This document shows positions 1 through 8,402 of a DNA stretch of 32,000 nucleotides, in pieces. The notes beneath the pieces were generated by a model. It saw only the letters and a list, made by a program, of their open reading frames with translations, was not told the origin of the DNA and searched no databases. Source of the stretch: Streptomyces sp. SX92 (GTDB lineage: Bacteria; Actinomycetota; Actinomycetes; Streptomycetales; Streptomycetaceae); assembly GCF_030845235.1 (NCBI RefSeq), contig NZ_CP132593.1:2186082-2218081 (forward strand), written 5' to 3'. The stretch's first letter is position 1, and each line of letters starts with the position of its first letter. Made by a program: the position numbers and the translations under genes.

Positions 1-1931
1 AGCAGGTCCGTGACGTCGACGCCGCGCGCCGCCGCGCCCTCCAGGGCGGCCAGCGTCCCGGGGAACACGGCGCCCGAGGCGGCGCCGACCGCCGCGTACT
101 GGCTGCGCAGCAGGCCGGCGGCCTTGAGCGACCACGGCATCAGCTCGGCGTCCAGCAGGAGCCAGTCCGTGCCGAGTTCGGCCCAGAGGCCGGCCTCGTC
201 GACGGCCGTCCTGAGGCGGCCGAGGATCTCCTCCGTCACCGCGGTGTCGTCGAAGAACGGGCGGCCGGTGCGGGTGTACAGCGAGCCGGTCGGGCCGTCC
301 ACGCCGAAACGCTCGCGGGCCGTCTCCGCGTCCCGGCAGACCAGCGCGACCGCCCGCGAGCCCATGTGCTTCTCCTCGCACACGACCCGGGCGACGCCGT
401 CCTCCTGGTACTGCCTGAAGGCCTCCTCCGGGTGCTCCAGGTAGCCCTCCACATGGCTGGTCGCCGTCGGTGCCATGGTCGGCGGCAGGTACGGCAGCAG
501 CCGGGGGTCGACCGCGAAGCGGCTCATGACCTCCAGGGCCGCCGCCGCGTTCTCCTCGCGGACCGCGATCCGGCCCTGGTGGCGGGTCTCCACGACCCGG
601 CGGCCGTGCACGTCGGCGAGGTCGAGCGGCCGTCCGTCGTGACCGCCGGGCGCCTCCGAGCGCAGCGGCTTCACCGGCTCGTACCAGACCCGCTCCGCCG
701 GTACGTCGACCAGTTCCCGCTCCGGGTAGCGCAGCGCGGTCAGCTTGCCACCGAAGACGGCGCCGGTGTCCAGGCAGATGGTGTTGTTGAGCCAGGTGGC
801 CTCGGGGACCGGGGTGTGGCCGTAGACCACGGCGGCCCGGCCGCGGTAGTCCTCGGCCCACGGGTAGCGCACCGGCAGCCCGAACTCGTCGGTCTCGCCG
901 GTGGTGTCGCCGTACAGGGCGTGCGAGCGGACCCGGCCGGAGGTGCGGCCGTGGTACTTCTCCGGCAGACCGGCGTGGCAGACGACCAGGCGGCCGCCGT
1001 CGAGGACGTAGTGGCTGACCAGACCGTCGATGAACTCCCGGACCTCGGCCAGGAATTCGTCCGAGGCCCCCTCCATCTGCTCGATCGTCTCGGCCAGACC
1101 GTGCGTGTGCTGGACCTTGCGGCCCTTGAGGTAACGGCCGTACTTGTTCTCGTGGTTGCCGGGCACGCACAGGGCGTTGCCCGACTTCACCATCGACATC
1201 ACGCGGCGCAGCACACCGGGGCTGTCGGGGCCGCGGTCGACCAGGTCGCCGACGAAGACGGCGGTCCGGCCCTCCGGGTGGACGCCGTCGACGTAGCCCA
1301 ACTTGCCGAGCAGTGCTTCCAGTTCGCCGGCGCAGCCGTGGATGTCGCCGACGATGTCGAACGGGCCGGTGAGGTGGGTGAGGTCGTTGAAGCGCTTCTC
1401 GGTGACGATCGTGGCGTTGTCGATGTCCTCCACCCCGCGCAGGACGTGCACCCTGCGGAAGCCCTCGCGCTCCAGGTGGCGGACGGAGCGGCGGAGTTCG
1501 CGGATGTGGCGCTGGATGACCCGGCGCGGCATGTCGGCCCGGTCGGTGCGGGTGGCGTTGCGCTCGGCGCACACCTCCTCGGGCACGTCGAGCACGACGG
1601 CGATGGGCAGCACGTCGTGCTGCCGGGCCAGGTCGATCAGCTGCCGGCGGGAGTCCGACTGCACGCTGGTGGCGTCCACGACGGTACGGCGGCCGGCGGC
1701 CAGGCGCTTGCCGGCGATGTAGTGGAGCACGTCGAAGGCGTCCTTCGTCGCGCTCTGGTCGTTCTCGTCGTCGGAGACCAGACCCCGGCAGAAGTCGGAG
1801 GAGATGATCTCGGTGGGCTTGAAGTGCCGTCGCGCGAAGGTGGACTTGCCGGAGCCGGAGGCGCCGACAAGGACGACGAGGGAGAGGTCGGTGACGGGCA
1901 GGACGCGCCCCTTGTGCTGGGTCTCGGTCAT
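1..1931 (-). CDS. pnkp: Polynucleotide kinase-phosphatase / RNA-repair enzyme Pnkp (5' part; C-terminus runs off the left edge)
   Basis: Not in the ORF track because it is open to the window edge. My reverse-strand translation from the ATG at 1931-1929 gives MTETQHKGRVLPVTDLSLVVLVGASGSGKSTFARRHF, which contains a P-loop kinase motif. It is followed by metallophosphoesterase motifs (GDIHGC, GDLVDRGP, GNHENK) and then VCEEKHMGSR around 365-390, a ligase-like adenylyltransferase lysine motif. The ATG overlaps the hen1 stop (ATGA at 1928-1931). The 366..2063 + ORF is its antisense shadow. Confidence 0.85.
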   Translation of the reverse strand, partial: MTETQHKGRVLPVTDLSLVVLVGASGSGKSTFARRHFKPTEIISSDFCRGLVSDDENDQSATKDAFDVLHYIAGKRLAAGRRTVVDATSVQSDSRRQLIDLARQHDVLPIAVVLDVPEEVCAERNATRTDRADMPRRVIQRHIRELRRSVRHLEREGFRRVHVLRGVEDIDNATIVTEKRFNDLTHLTGPFDIVGDIHGCAGELEALLGKLGYVDGVHPEGRTAVFVGDLVDRGPDSPGVLRRVMSMVKSGNALCVPGNHENKYGRYLKGRKVQHTHGLAETIEQMEGASDEFLAEVREFIDGLVSHYVLDGGRLVVCHAGLPEKYHGRTSGRVRSHALYGDTTGETDEFGLPVRYPWAEDYRGRAAVVYGHTPVPEATWLNNTICLDTGAVFGGKLTALRYPERELVDVPAERVWYEPVKPLRSEAPGGHDGRPLDLADVHGRRVVETRHQGRIAVREENAAAALEVMSRFAVDPRLLPYLPPTMAPTATSHVEGYLEHPEEAFRQYQEDGVARVVCEEKHMGSRAVALVCRDAETARERFGVDGPTGSLYTRTGRPFFDDTAVTEEILGRLRTAVDEAGLWAELGTDWLLLDAELMPWSLKAAGLLRSQYAAVGAASGAVFPGTLAALEGAAARGVDVTDL

Positions 1932-3418
1932 GCCGCCTTCGCCTCCTTCTCGGTCTTCTCGGTCTTCTCGGTGGTGGCTGTGCTCAACTCGAAGACGGCC
2001 ATCTGGGTGGGCGGTCCCACCTCCGGGTCGTTGGGGCCCACGGGGACGAACTCCACGGTGTAGCCGTGCCGTTCGGCCACCGCGGTCGCCCAGGCGCGGA
2101 ACTCCTCGCGGGTCCACTCGAAGCGGTGGTCGCCGTGCCGGACGTGGCCGGCCGGGAGGGTCTCCCAGCGGACGTTGTACTCGACGTTCGGGGTGGTCAC
2201 GAGCACGGTGCGGGGGTGGGCGGCGCCGAACACGGCGTACTCCAGGGCGGGCAGCCGCGGCAGGTCGACGTGTTCGACGACCTCGCTGAGCACGGCGGCG
2301 TCGTACCCCTTGAGCCGGTTGTCGGTGTAGGCGAGCGAGCTCTGGAAGAGCTTCACGCGCGAGGCCTGCCGCTCCCCCATGCGGTCCAGCTTCAGCCGCC
2401 GGGAGGCGATGGTGAGGGCGCGCATCGACACGTCGGTGCCGACGATCTCGGTGAACCGCGGGTCCTTGAGCAGCGCCTGCACCAACTGGCCCTGTCCGCA
2501 GCCGAGGTCGAGAACGCGGGCGGCGCCGGACTCCTTGAGCGCGGCGACGATCGCGTCCCGGCGCTGCACGGCGAGCGGCGTCGGCTTCTCCTCGGTCTCG
2601 GCCTCCGCCTCGACCGCGTTGTCGATCTCCTCGACCTCGCTGTCGTCTGCCTCAGCCAGCCGCACCAGTTCCAGGGCCTCCATCGCCTGCCGGGTCAGCG
2701 ACCAGCGGCGCGAGAGGTACCGGCTGGTGATCAGCTTCTGCTCGGGGTGCTCGGACAGCCAGCCCTCACCGGCCCTGAGCAGCTTGTCGACCTCGTCGGA
2801 GGACACCCAGTAGTGCTTGGCGTCGTCGAGGACCGGGAGCAGGACGTACAGATGGCGCAGCGCCTCGGCGACGGTGAGCCGCGCGGACTCCAGTTCGAGC
2901 CGGACATAGCGCGAGTCGCCCCATTCGGGGAACCGCGCGTCCAGCGCGACGGGCTCGGCGGTCACCGCCCAGCCCAGCGGCTCGAAGAGACTCCGTACCA
3001 GCTCCGGGCCGCCGCGGGCCGGCAGCGCGGGTACCTCCACGCGCAACGGCCGTGCCTGCTCGGGCAGTTCCGGCCTGGCGGCGCACACGCCTCGCATCGC
3101 GCTGGAGAACACGGCGCTCAGCGCCACGGCGAGCAGCGAGGAGGCCGCGTAGGGGCGGTCGTTGACGTACTGCGCGAGCGCCGCGTCGGGAGCGCCGCCG
3201 CGGCCCTTGCCCTTGCCGCGCCGGACCAGCGCCACCGCGTCGACCTCCAGCAGCAGCGCCGCCGTGCACCGATGATCGTCCGCCTCGGGGTAGAGGACGT
3301 GCGCCGTCCCGTAGGAGGTGGAGAACGCCTGCGCCTTCTCGGGATGCTTGTGCAGCAGGTAGCCGAGGTCGGTGGCGGGTCGGTCGGCGGTGCCGGTGGT
3401 GGTGATGGTCAGGAACAC
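1928..3418 (-). CDS. hen1: RNA 3'-terminal ribose 2'-O-methyltransferase Hen1 (bacterial Pnkp partner)
   Basis: Track ORF 1928..3529 (-). The N-terminus VFLTITTTGTADRPATDLGYLLHKHPEK is typical of bacterial Hen1, so I place the start at the GTG at 3418. The C-terminal half carries SAM motif I (VLDLGCGQGQL) and EVVEH. It is translationally coupled to pnkp. Confidence 0.85.
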   Translation of the reverse strand: MFLTITTTGTADRPATDLGYLLHKHPEKAQAFSTSYGTAHVLYPEADDHRCTAALLLEVDAVALVRRGKGKGRGGAPDAALAQYVNDRPYAASSLLAVALSAVFSSAMRGVCAARPELPEQARPLRVEVPALPARGGPELVRSLFEPLGWAVTAEPVALDARFPEWGDSRYVRLELESARLTVAEALRHLYVLLPVLDDAKHYWVSSDEVDKLLRAGEGWLSEHPEQKLITSRYLSRRWSLTRQAMEALELVRLAEADDSEVEEIDNAVEAEAETEEKPTPLAVQRRDAIVAALKESGAARVLDLGCGQGQLVQALLKDPRFTEIVGTDVSMRALTIASRRLKLDRMGERQASRVKLFQSSLAYTDNRLKGYDAAVLSEVVEHVDLPRLPALEYAVFGAAHPRTVLVTTPNVEYNVRWETLPAGHVRHGDHRFEWTREEFRAWATAVAERHGYTVEFVPVGPNDPEVGPPTQMAVFELSTATTEKTEKTEKEAKAA

Positions 3419-3509
3419 GGTGAGGCCTCGAAGGGTCGTCCGAAGGGAACGCGCCTGGTGATCCAGGGTGTGCGTCCGTTCAACGTACAGGCAGGGCCCC
3501 GGCGCGCAC

Positions 3510-5105
3510 TCAGGATTTTCCGCCCGCACCCGGCCCCAGCAGGGCCGCGAGTTCCCGTTTGAGGACCTTCCCGCTCGGGCCGAGGGGCAGCGTGGCGGCG
3601 AACTCCACGCGGCGCGGGTACTTGTAGGCGGCCATGCTCCGGCGCGACCAGTCGACGATCTCCTCGGCCAGGGCCGCGTCCGGCGCGGCGCCCGGCCGGG
3701 GCACGACCACCGCGCACACCTCCTGGCCGTAGCGGGCGTCCGGGACGCCGACGACCGCGACCCGGGCCACGGACGGGTGGCGGGCGAGGACCTCCTCCAC
3801 CTCGCGCGGGTACACGTTGTACCCGCCCCGCACGATCATGTCCTTCTTGCGGTCGACGATCGTCAGACAGCCCTCGGCGTCCTTCACGCCGAGGTCGCCG
3901 GTGCGCAGCCAGCCGTCGACCAGGACGGCCGCGGTGGCCCCGGGGTCGTCGAGGTAGCCGGTCATGACGTTGTGTCCGCGGACCACGATCTCGCCTACCT
4001 CGCCCGGCGGAAGCAGCACGATCCGGTCCTCGGTGCCGGCCTCGGCGATCTCCGCCTCCACGCCCCGGACGGGTCGGCCCACGGTGCCCGGCCGGCGGGG
4101 CCAGGCGGGCTGGTTGTAGGCGACGCAGGGGGAGGCCTCGGTCAGGCCGTAGCCCTCGTAGACCGGACAGCCGAAGGTGGCCTCGATGTCCTGGAGCACC
4201 GGCACCGGCAGGGCCGAGCCGCCGGAGTAGGCCCGGGTCAGGGGCGGGCGCCGGGGGTCCCGGGCCGCGGCCTCCAGCAGCCCGAGGTACATGGTCGGGA
4301 CGCCCATCAGGACCGTGCAGCGTTCACGGACCATCAGGTCGAGCGCCTCGTCCGGGGTGAAGCGAGGGATCAGCACGAGCGTGGCGCCGACGCGGAAGCA
4401 GGTGCCCATGCCGCAGATCTGGCCGAAGGTGTGGAACAGGGGCAGGCAGCCCAGCAGGACGTCGTCGGCCTCCATCGCGAAGGGCGACAGGGCCGTCGTG
4501 TCGATGTTCATGACCAGGTTGAGGTGGCTGAGCAGGACGCCCTTGGGGCGCCCGGTAGTGCCGGAGGTGTAGAGGATCAGCGCGATGTCGTCCGGGGCGC
4601 GGGGCACCGGGGTGCCGAGGGGCTCGGCGTCGGCCGCGAGCGCGTCGAGCGCGTCGAGTGCGTCGAGTGCGTCGGGCCCCGGGCGCCCGGTGTCCCCGTC
4701 CTCCGCGTCGACCGTCATCAGCGGCACGTCGGCGCGGCGTGCCGCGGGCTCCCCCTCCCCCAGCAGGGAGCCCGCGCACAGCAGGAGGCGGGCGCCCGAG
4801 TGCCGGAGGATGTACGTGATCTCCTCGGCCTTCAGCAGCGCGTTCACCGGGACGACGGTCGCGCCGAGCGCGAGGACGCCGAAGTACGCCGTGGGGAAGG
4901 CCGGGGTGTTGGGCAGCAGCAGCGCGACCCGGTCGCCGGGGCCCACGCCCCGCTCGCGCAGCACCGTCGCGCGGCGGCGGGCGGCCAGCCACAGGGCGCC
5001 GTAGGAGACGCGCTCGGGTCCGGACACCAGGGCCGTGCGGTCGGGGCTGCGGATCGCGGTGTCGGCGAGGACGGAGACCAGCGAGAGGGTGGCGCCGCCC
5101 CTCAC
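3510..5105 (-). CDS. moeB5: AMP-dependent acyl-CoA ligase (moeB5-like; predicted 5-aminolevulinate-CoA ligase of the C5N pathway)
   Basis: 531-aa ORF with the full adenylate-forming motif set: LYTSGTTGRPKGV, GYGLTE, TGDLG, DRKKDMI and PSGKVLKREL. It is divergent from an ALA synthase gene. The start (GTG at 5105) has no clear RBS. Confidence 0.8.
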   Translation of the reverse strand: MRGGATLSLVSVLADTAIRSPDRTALVSGPERVSYGALWLAARRRATVLRERGVGPGDRVALLLPNTPAFPTAYFGVLALGATVVPVNALLKAEEITYILRHSGARLLLCAGSLLGEGEPAARRADVPLMTVDAEDGDTGRPGPDALDALDALDALAADAEPLGTPVPRAPDDIALILYTSGTTGRPKGVLLSHLNLVMNIDTTALSPFAMEADDVLLGCLPLFHTFGQICGMGTCFRVGATLVLIPRFTPDEALDLMVRERCTVLMGVPTMYLGLLEAAARDPRRPPLTRAYSGGSALPVPVLQDIEATFGCPVYEGYGLTEASPCVAYNQPAWPRRPGTVGRPVRGVEAEIAEAGTEDRIVLLPPGEVGEIVVRGHNVMTGYLDDPGATAAVLVDGWLRTGDLGVKDAEGCLTIVDRKKDMIVRGGYNVYPREVEEVLARHPSVARVAVVGVPDARYGQEVCAVVVPRPGAAPDAALAEEIVDWSRRSMAAYKYPRRVEFAATLPLGPSGKVLKRELAALLGPGAGGKS

Positions 5106-5307
5106 CGGTCACGTCCGGGGGCTCCGCGGGTTCCGGTACGGCCGGAAAAGAGGCCGTGAATCGCGGCGACGGATATTTCACATTCGGTCATCGACACTCC
5201 GCTTCGTGCGATCACGTCGAAAGGGAAATCGCGCACTGTGCAGGGCTCGCGGCGCATCCTACGATGAGGCGCGCCGAAGGGAAAGCGACAGAGAGCGAGC
5301 ATGAGTC

Positions 5308-6504
5308 ATGTCCGGGTACATGGATTTCTTCGCACGCCTTGCGCAGGAAACAGCCGAGCGGAAAAGGGAGTTCCTGGAACTCGGCCGCATCGCGGGGCGC
5401 TTCCCGGCAGCCGATACCGCACACCATGGCGAGATCTCGATCTGGTGCAGCAACGACTACTTAGGTATGGGGCAGCACCCGGACGTCCTCGCCGCGATGA
5501 AGCACGCCATCGACGAATGCGGTGCCGGTTCCGGGGGTTCGCGCAACATCGGCGGGACGAACCGCTATCACGTCGCCCTGGAGGCGGAACTCGCCGCGTT
5601 GCACGGAAAGGCCGACGCGGTGCTGTTCACCTCCGGTTATTCCGCCAACGAGGGCGCGCTCTCGGTGCTCGCCGGACGGATCGACGACTGTGCCGTGTTC
5701 TCGGACCAGTTGAACCACGCGTCGATCATCGACGGTTTGCGGCACAGCGGGGCCGAGAAGTTCATCTACCGGCACAACGACTGCGCACATCTGGAGGAAC
5801 TGCTCTCCGGGGTCGATCCGCAGCGGCCGAAACTCGTCGTGACGGAATCCGTGCACTCGATGCGCGGTGACATCGCGCCACTCGCGGAGATCGCCGACCT
5901 CGCCAAGCGGTACGGGGCGGTGACGTTCCTGGACGAGGTGCACGCGGTCGGCATGTACGGGCCGGAGGGTGCCGGGATCGCGGCGCGGGAGGGCATCGAC
6001 TCCGAGTTCACCATGATCATGGGGACCCTGGCCAAGGGCTTCGGCATGACGGGCGGCTACGTCACCGGGCCCGCCGTGCTGATGGACGCGGTGCGGGCCT
6101 TCGCCCGCTCCTTCATCTTCACCACGGCGCTGCCGCCCGCCGTCGCGGCCGGCGCGCTGGCCGCCGTACAGCATCTGCGCGCCTCCCGGAGCGAGCGGGA
6201 CCGGCTTGCGGCCAACGCCACGCTGACGCACGCCCTGTTGCGCGAGCGGGGCATCCCCTTCCTGTCCGACGAGACCCACATCGTGTCCGTCCTCGTCGGG
6301 GAGGACCGCCTGTGCAAGCGGATGTCCGCCCTGCTCCTGGAGCGGCACGGCGCCTACGTCCAGGCCATCAACGCGCCCAGCGTGCCCAAGGGCGAGGAGA
6401 TCCTCCGCGTCGCGCCGTCCGCCGTGCACGACGCCGCCGACGTCCGCCGGTTCGTCGACTGGCTGGACGGGATCTGGGCGGAGTTGGGGGCGGCTCGGGG
6501 GTGA
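5308..6504 (+). CDS. moeA5: 5-aminolevulinate synthase, PLP-dependent alpha-oxoamine synthase family (moeA5-like)
   Basis: 398-aa ORF with [31 protein letters not shown] and the PLP-lysine motif GTLAKGFG. It is full length for the family. An in-frame TTA codon lies at 5461-5463. An alternative start is the ATG at 5320 (MDFFARL). Confidence 0.85.
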   Translation: MSGYMDFFARLAQETAERKREFLELGRIAGRFPAADTAHHGEISIWCSNDYLGMGQHPDVLAAMKHAIDECGAGSGGSRNIGGTNRYHVALEAELAALHGKADAVLFTSGYSANEGALSVLAGRIDDCAVFSDQLNHASIIDGLRHSGAEKFIYRHNDCAHLEELLSGVDPQRPKLVVTESVHSMRGDIAPLAEIADLAKRYGAVTFLDEVHAVGMYGPEGAGIAAREGIDSEFTMIMGTLAKGFGMTGGYVTGPAVLMDAVRAFARSFIFTTALPPAVAAGALAAVQHLRASRSERDRLAANATLTHALLRERGIPFLSDETHIVSVLVGEDRLCKRMSALLLERHGAYVQAINAPSVPKGEEILRVAPSAVHDAADVRRFVDWLDGIWAELGAARG

Positions 6505-6542
6505 GGCGGGCGGGTCGGGGGCCGGTTCCCCCGGACCTGGTC

Positions 6543-8390
6543 CTACGCCGGACCGGTGTCGTCCCGGTGGTCGGGGCCCGTGGTGAGGCGGCGGGTCTCG
6601 GGGGACTCGGCCAGGATCTCGTCCCAGGTTCCCGTCGCCTCCACGCGTCCGTCCCCGAGGACGATCACCTGGGCCGCGGCGCGCAGCAGGGCGGGTCGGT
6701 GGGAGACGGCCAGGACGGTGACGGGGCTGTCGAGGAGTCTGCTCCACAGGAGTTGCTCGGTACTGGGGTCCAGGGCGCTGGAGACGTCGTCCAGGACCAG
6801 GAGGTCGGGGCAGCGGGCCAGCATCCGGGCGATCGCCGTCCGCTGGAGCTGGCCGCCGGAGAGCCTCAGGCCCCGGGGGCCCACGACGGTGTCGACGCCG
6901 TCCCGCATGGCCGCCACGTCGGGTGCCAGGACCGCGGTGTGCACGGCGTCCTCCAGCACCGTGCCGTCCTCGTCGGGCAGGCCCAGCAGGATGTTCTCCC
7001 GCAGCGTTCCGCTGAACAGGCGCGGGTCCTGGGGGGTGTAGCCGCAGCGCGGGGGCACCAGGAAGGACGCGGGGTCGGCGATCGGCTCACCGTTCCACAG
7101 CACCGCGCCCCGCTCGTGCGGCAGCAGCCCCAGGACGGCCTGGATCAGCGTCGACTTGCCCGCGCCGACGCCTCCGGTGACCACGGTGACCGAGCCGCGT
7201 ACGACGGTGAGGTCCACGTCCTCGACGCCGTGCTCGGTGCCGGGGTGCCGCGCGGTCAGGCCCCGGACGGTCAACTCCCGCAGACCGGAGTGCTGTCGGG
7301 GCGCGGCGGGCGAGGGCACAGTCACAGGCGCGGGCCCGGGGACCGGCTCCGGCTTCTCAGCACCGACCGAAGACGCCGTACCCGAGGGCCTCCCCAGAAA
7401 CACCCCGATCCGATCCAGCGCCACCGAAACCCGCTGGAGCCGCACCGACAGGATCCCGATCGAGGCCAGCGCCTCGGCGAGGATCTGGAGGTAGAAGGTG
7501 AACAGCGCGAGGTCGCCCACGCTGAACGTGCCCTCGTGCGCCCGTCCCGCCGTCAGCAGCAGGACCACGCCGATCCCGAGGGGCGCCGCGTTGCCGATCA
7601 CCGTCCGCTGGACGCCCGCGAAGAGCTCCTCGCGTACCGCCGCCCCGGCCCGCGCGGTGTTCAACCGGGCGATGTGCGCGGCCACATGGTCCTCGGCGCC
7701 CGCCGCCTGCACCGCCTTCACGGCGCCGAACGCCTCGCGCAGGGCGCCCGCGACCTCGGCCGAGGCGGCGCGGGTGGCCCGCCGGTGGCGCAGGAAGCGG
7801 CCGTGGACCGCGGCGGTGACCAGGGTGATCAGGACCAGCAGCACGAGCAGCGCGGTCGTGACGAGCGCGTCGATGCGCATCATGACGGTGACCGCCGCGA
7901 CCACGAACAGCCAGTGCGCGAGGTTGGTGGGGGCCCAGGCCACGAAGAAGCCGGTCTCGTCGACGTCCTCGCCCACCACGCGCAGCGACTCCCCCGGAGC
8001 CGTCCGGGCGGCGGCGCCCCGGCCGCGCAGGGCGGAGCCCAGCAGGCGGCGGCGCAGCCGTGCGGTCGTGGCGTACTGGACGTGGGGTTCCAGCCGGTTG
8101 ATCATCACGCCGAACTGGAGGCACATCCGGGCCCCCTCGATCGCGGCCACCCAGGCGATGAGCAGCCAGACCCCGCCGCCGGCGCCGATCTCGTCGAACA
8201 GCCGCTGGAACAGCAGCCCCACCGCCAGGGTCCCGGCCCGCAGCAGCACCCACAGCCCGGTCAGGGTCCAGTAGGCCCCGGCAGAGCCGCGCAGCACCAC
8301 CCCGAGCCGCCCGAACGTACCCCGTGGCCCGGCGTCTTTTTGCGCCCGCGCCCCGACGTCGCCCTGCGCGCGCGTCCCTGTGTCCGTCAC
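6543..8390 (-). CDS. moeD5: ABC transporter, fused permease/ATPase (moeD5-like exporter half)
   Basis: 615 aa. An N-terminal transmembrane domain is followed by Walker A (GGVGAGKST), the ABC signature (LSGGQLQR) and Walker B (LLVLDD). GTG start at 8390, 12 nt after the stop of the upstream ABC gene. Confidence 0.85.
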   Translation of the reverse strand: MTDTGTRAQGDVGARAQKDAGPRGTFGRLGVVLRGSAGAYWTLTGLWVLLRAGTLAVGLLFQRLFDEIGAGGGVWLLIAWVAAIEGARMCLQFGVMINRLEPHVQYATTARLRRRLLGSALRGRGAAARTAPGESLRVVGEDVDETGFFVAWAPTNLAHWLFVVAAVTVMMRIDALVTTALLVLLVLITLVTAAVHGRFLRHRRATRAASAEVAGALREAFGAVKAVQAAGAEDHVAAHIARLNTARAGAAVREELFAGVQRTVIGNAAPLGIGVVLLLTAGRAHEGTFSVGDLALFTFYLQILAEALASIGILSVRLQRVSVALDRIGVFLGRPSGTASSVGAEKPEPVPGPAPVTVPSPAAPRQHSGLRELTVRGLTARHPGTEHGVEDVDLTVVRGSVTVVTGGVGAGKSTLIQAVLGLLPHERGAVLWNGEPIADPASFLVPPRCGYTPQDPRLFSGTLRENILLGLPDEDGTVLEDAVHTAVLAPDVAAMRDGVDTVVGPRGLRLSGGQLQRTAIARMLARCPDLLVLDDVSSALDPSTEQLLWSRLLDSPVTVLAVSHRPALLRAAAQVIVLGDGRVEATGTWDEILAESPETRRLTTGPDHRDDTGPA

Positions 8391-8402
8391 CCGCCCTGCC
8401 CG

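Noticed and set aside
366-2063. 565-aa plus-strand ORF (and 1303..1722, 1804..2289) overlapping the pnkp region
   Set aside because: It is an Arg/Gly/Val/Asp-rich low-complexity translation typical of the antisense frame in high-GC DNA. The opposite strand encodes a motif-perfect Pnkp.
6515-6532. Possible bidirectional terminator, cgggggccggttcccccg, between the convergent ALA synthase and moeD5 genes
   Set aside because: The stem is only 6 bp with a 6-nt loop and no U-tract on either strand. It is too weak to annotate.
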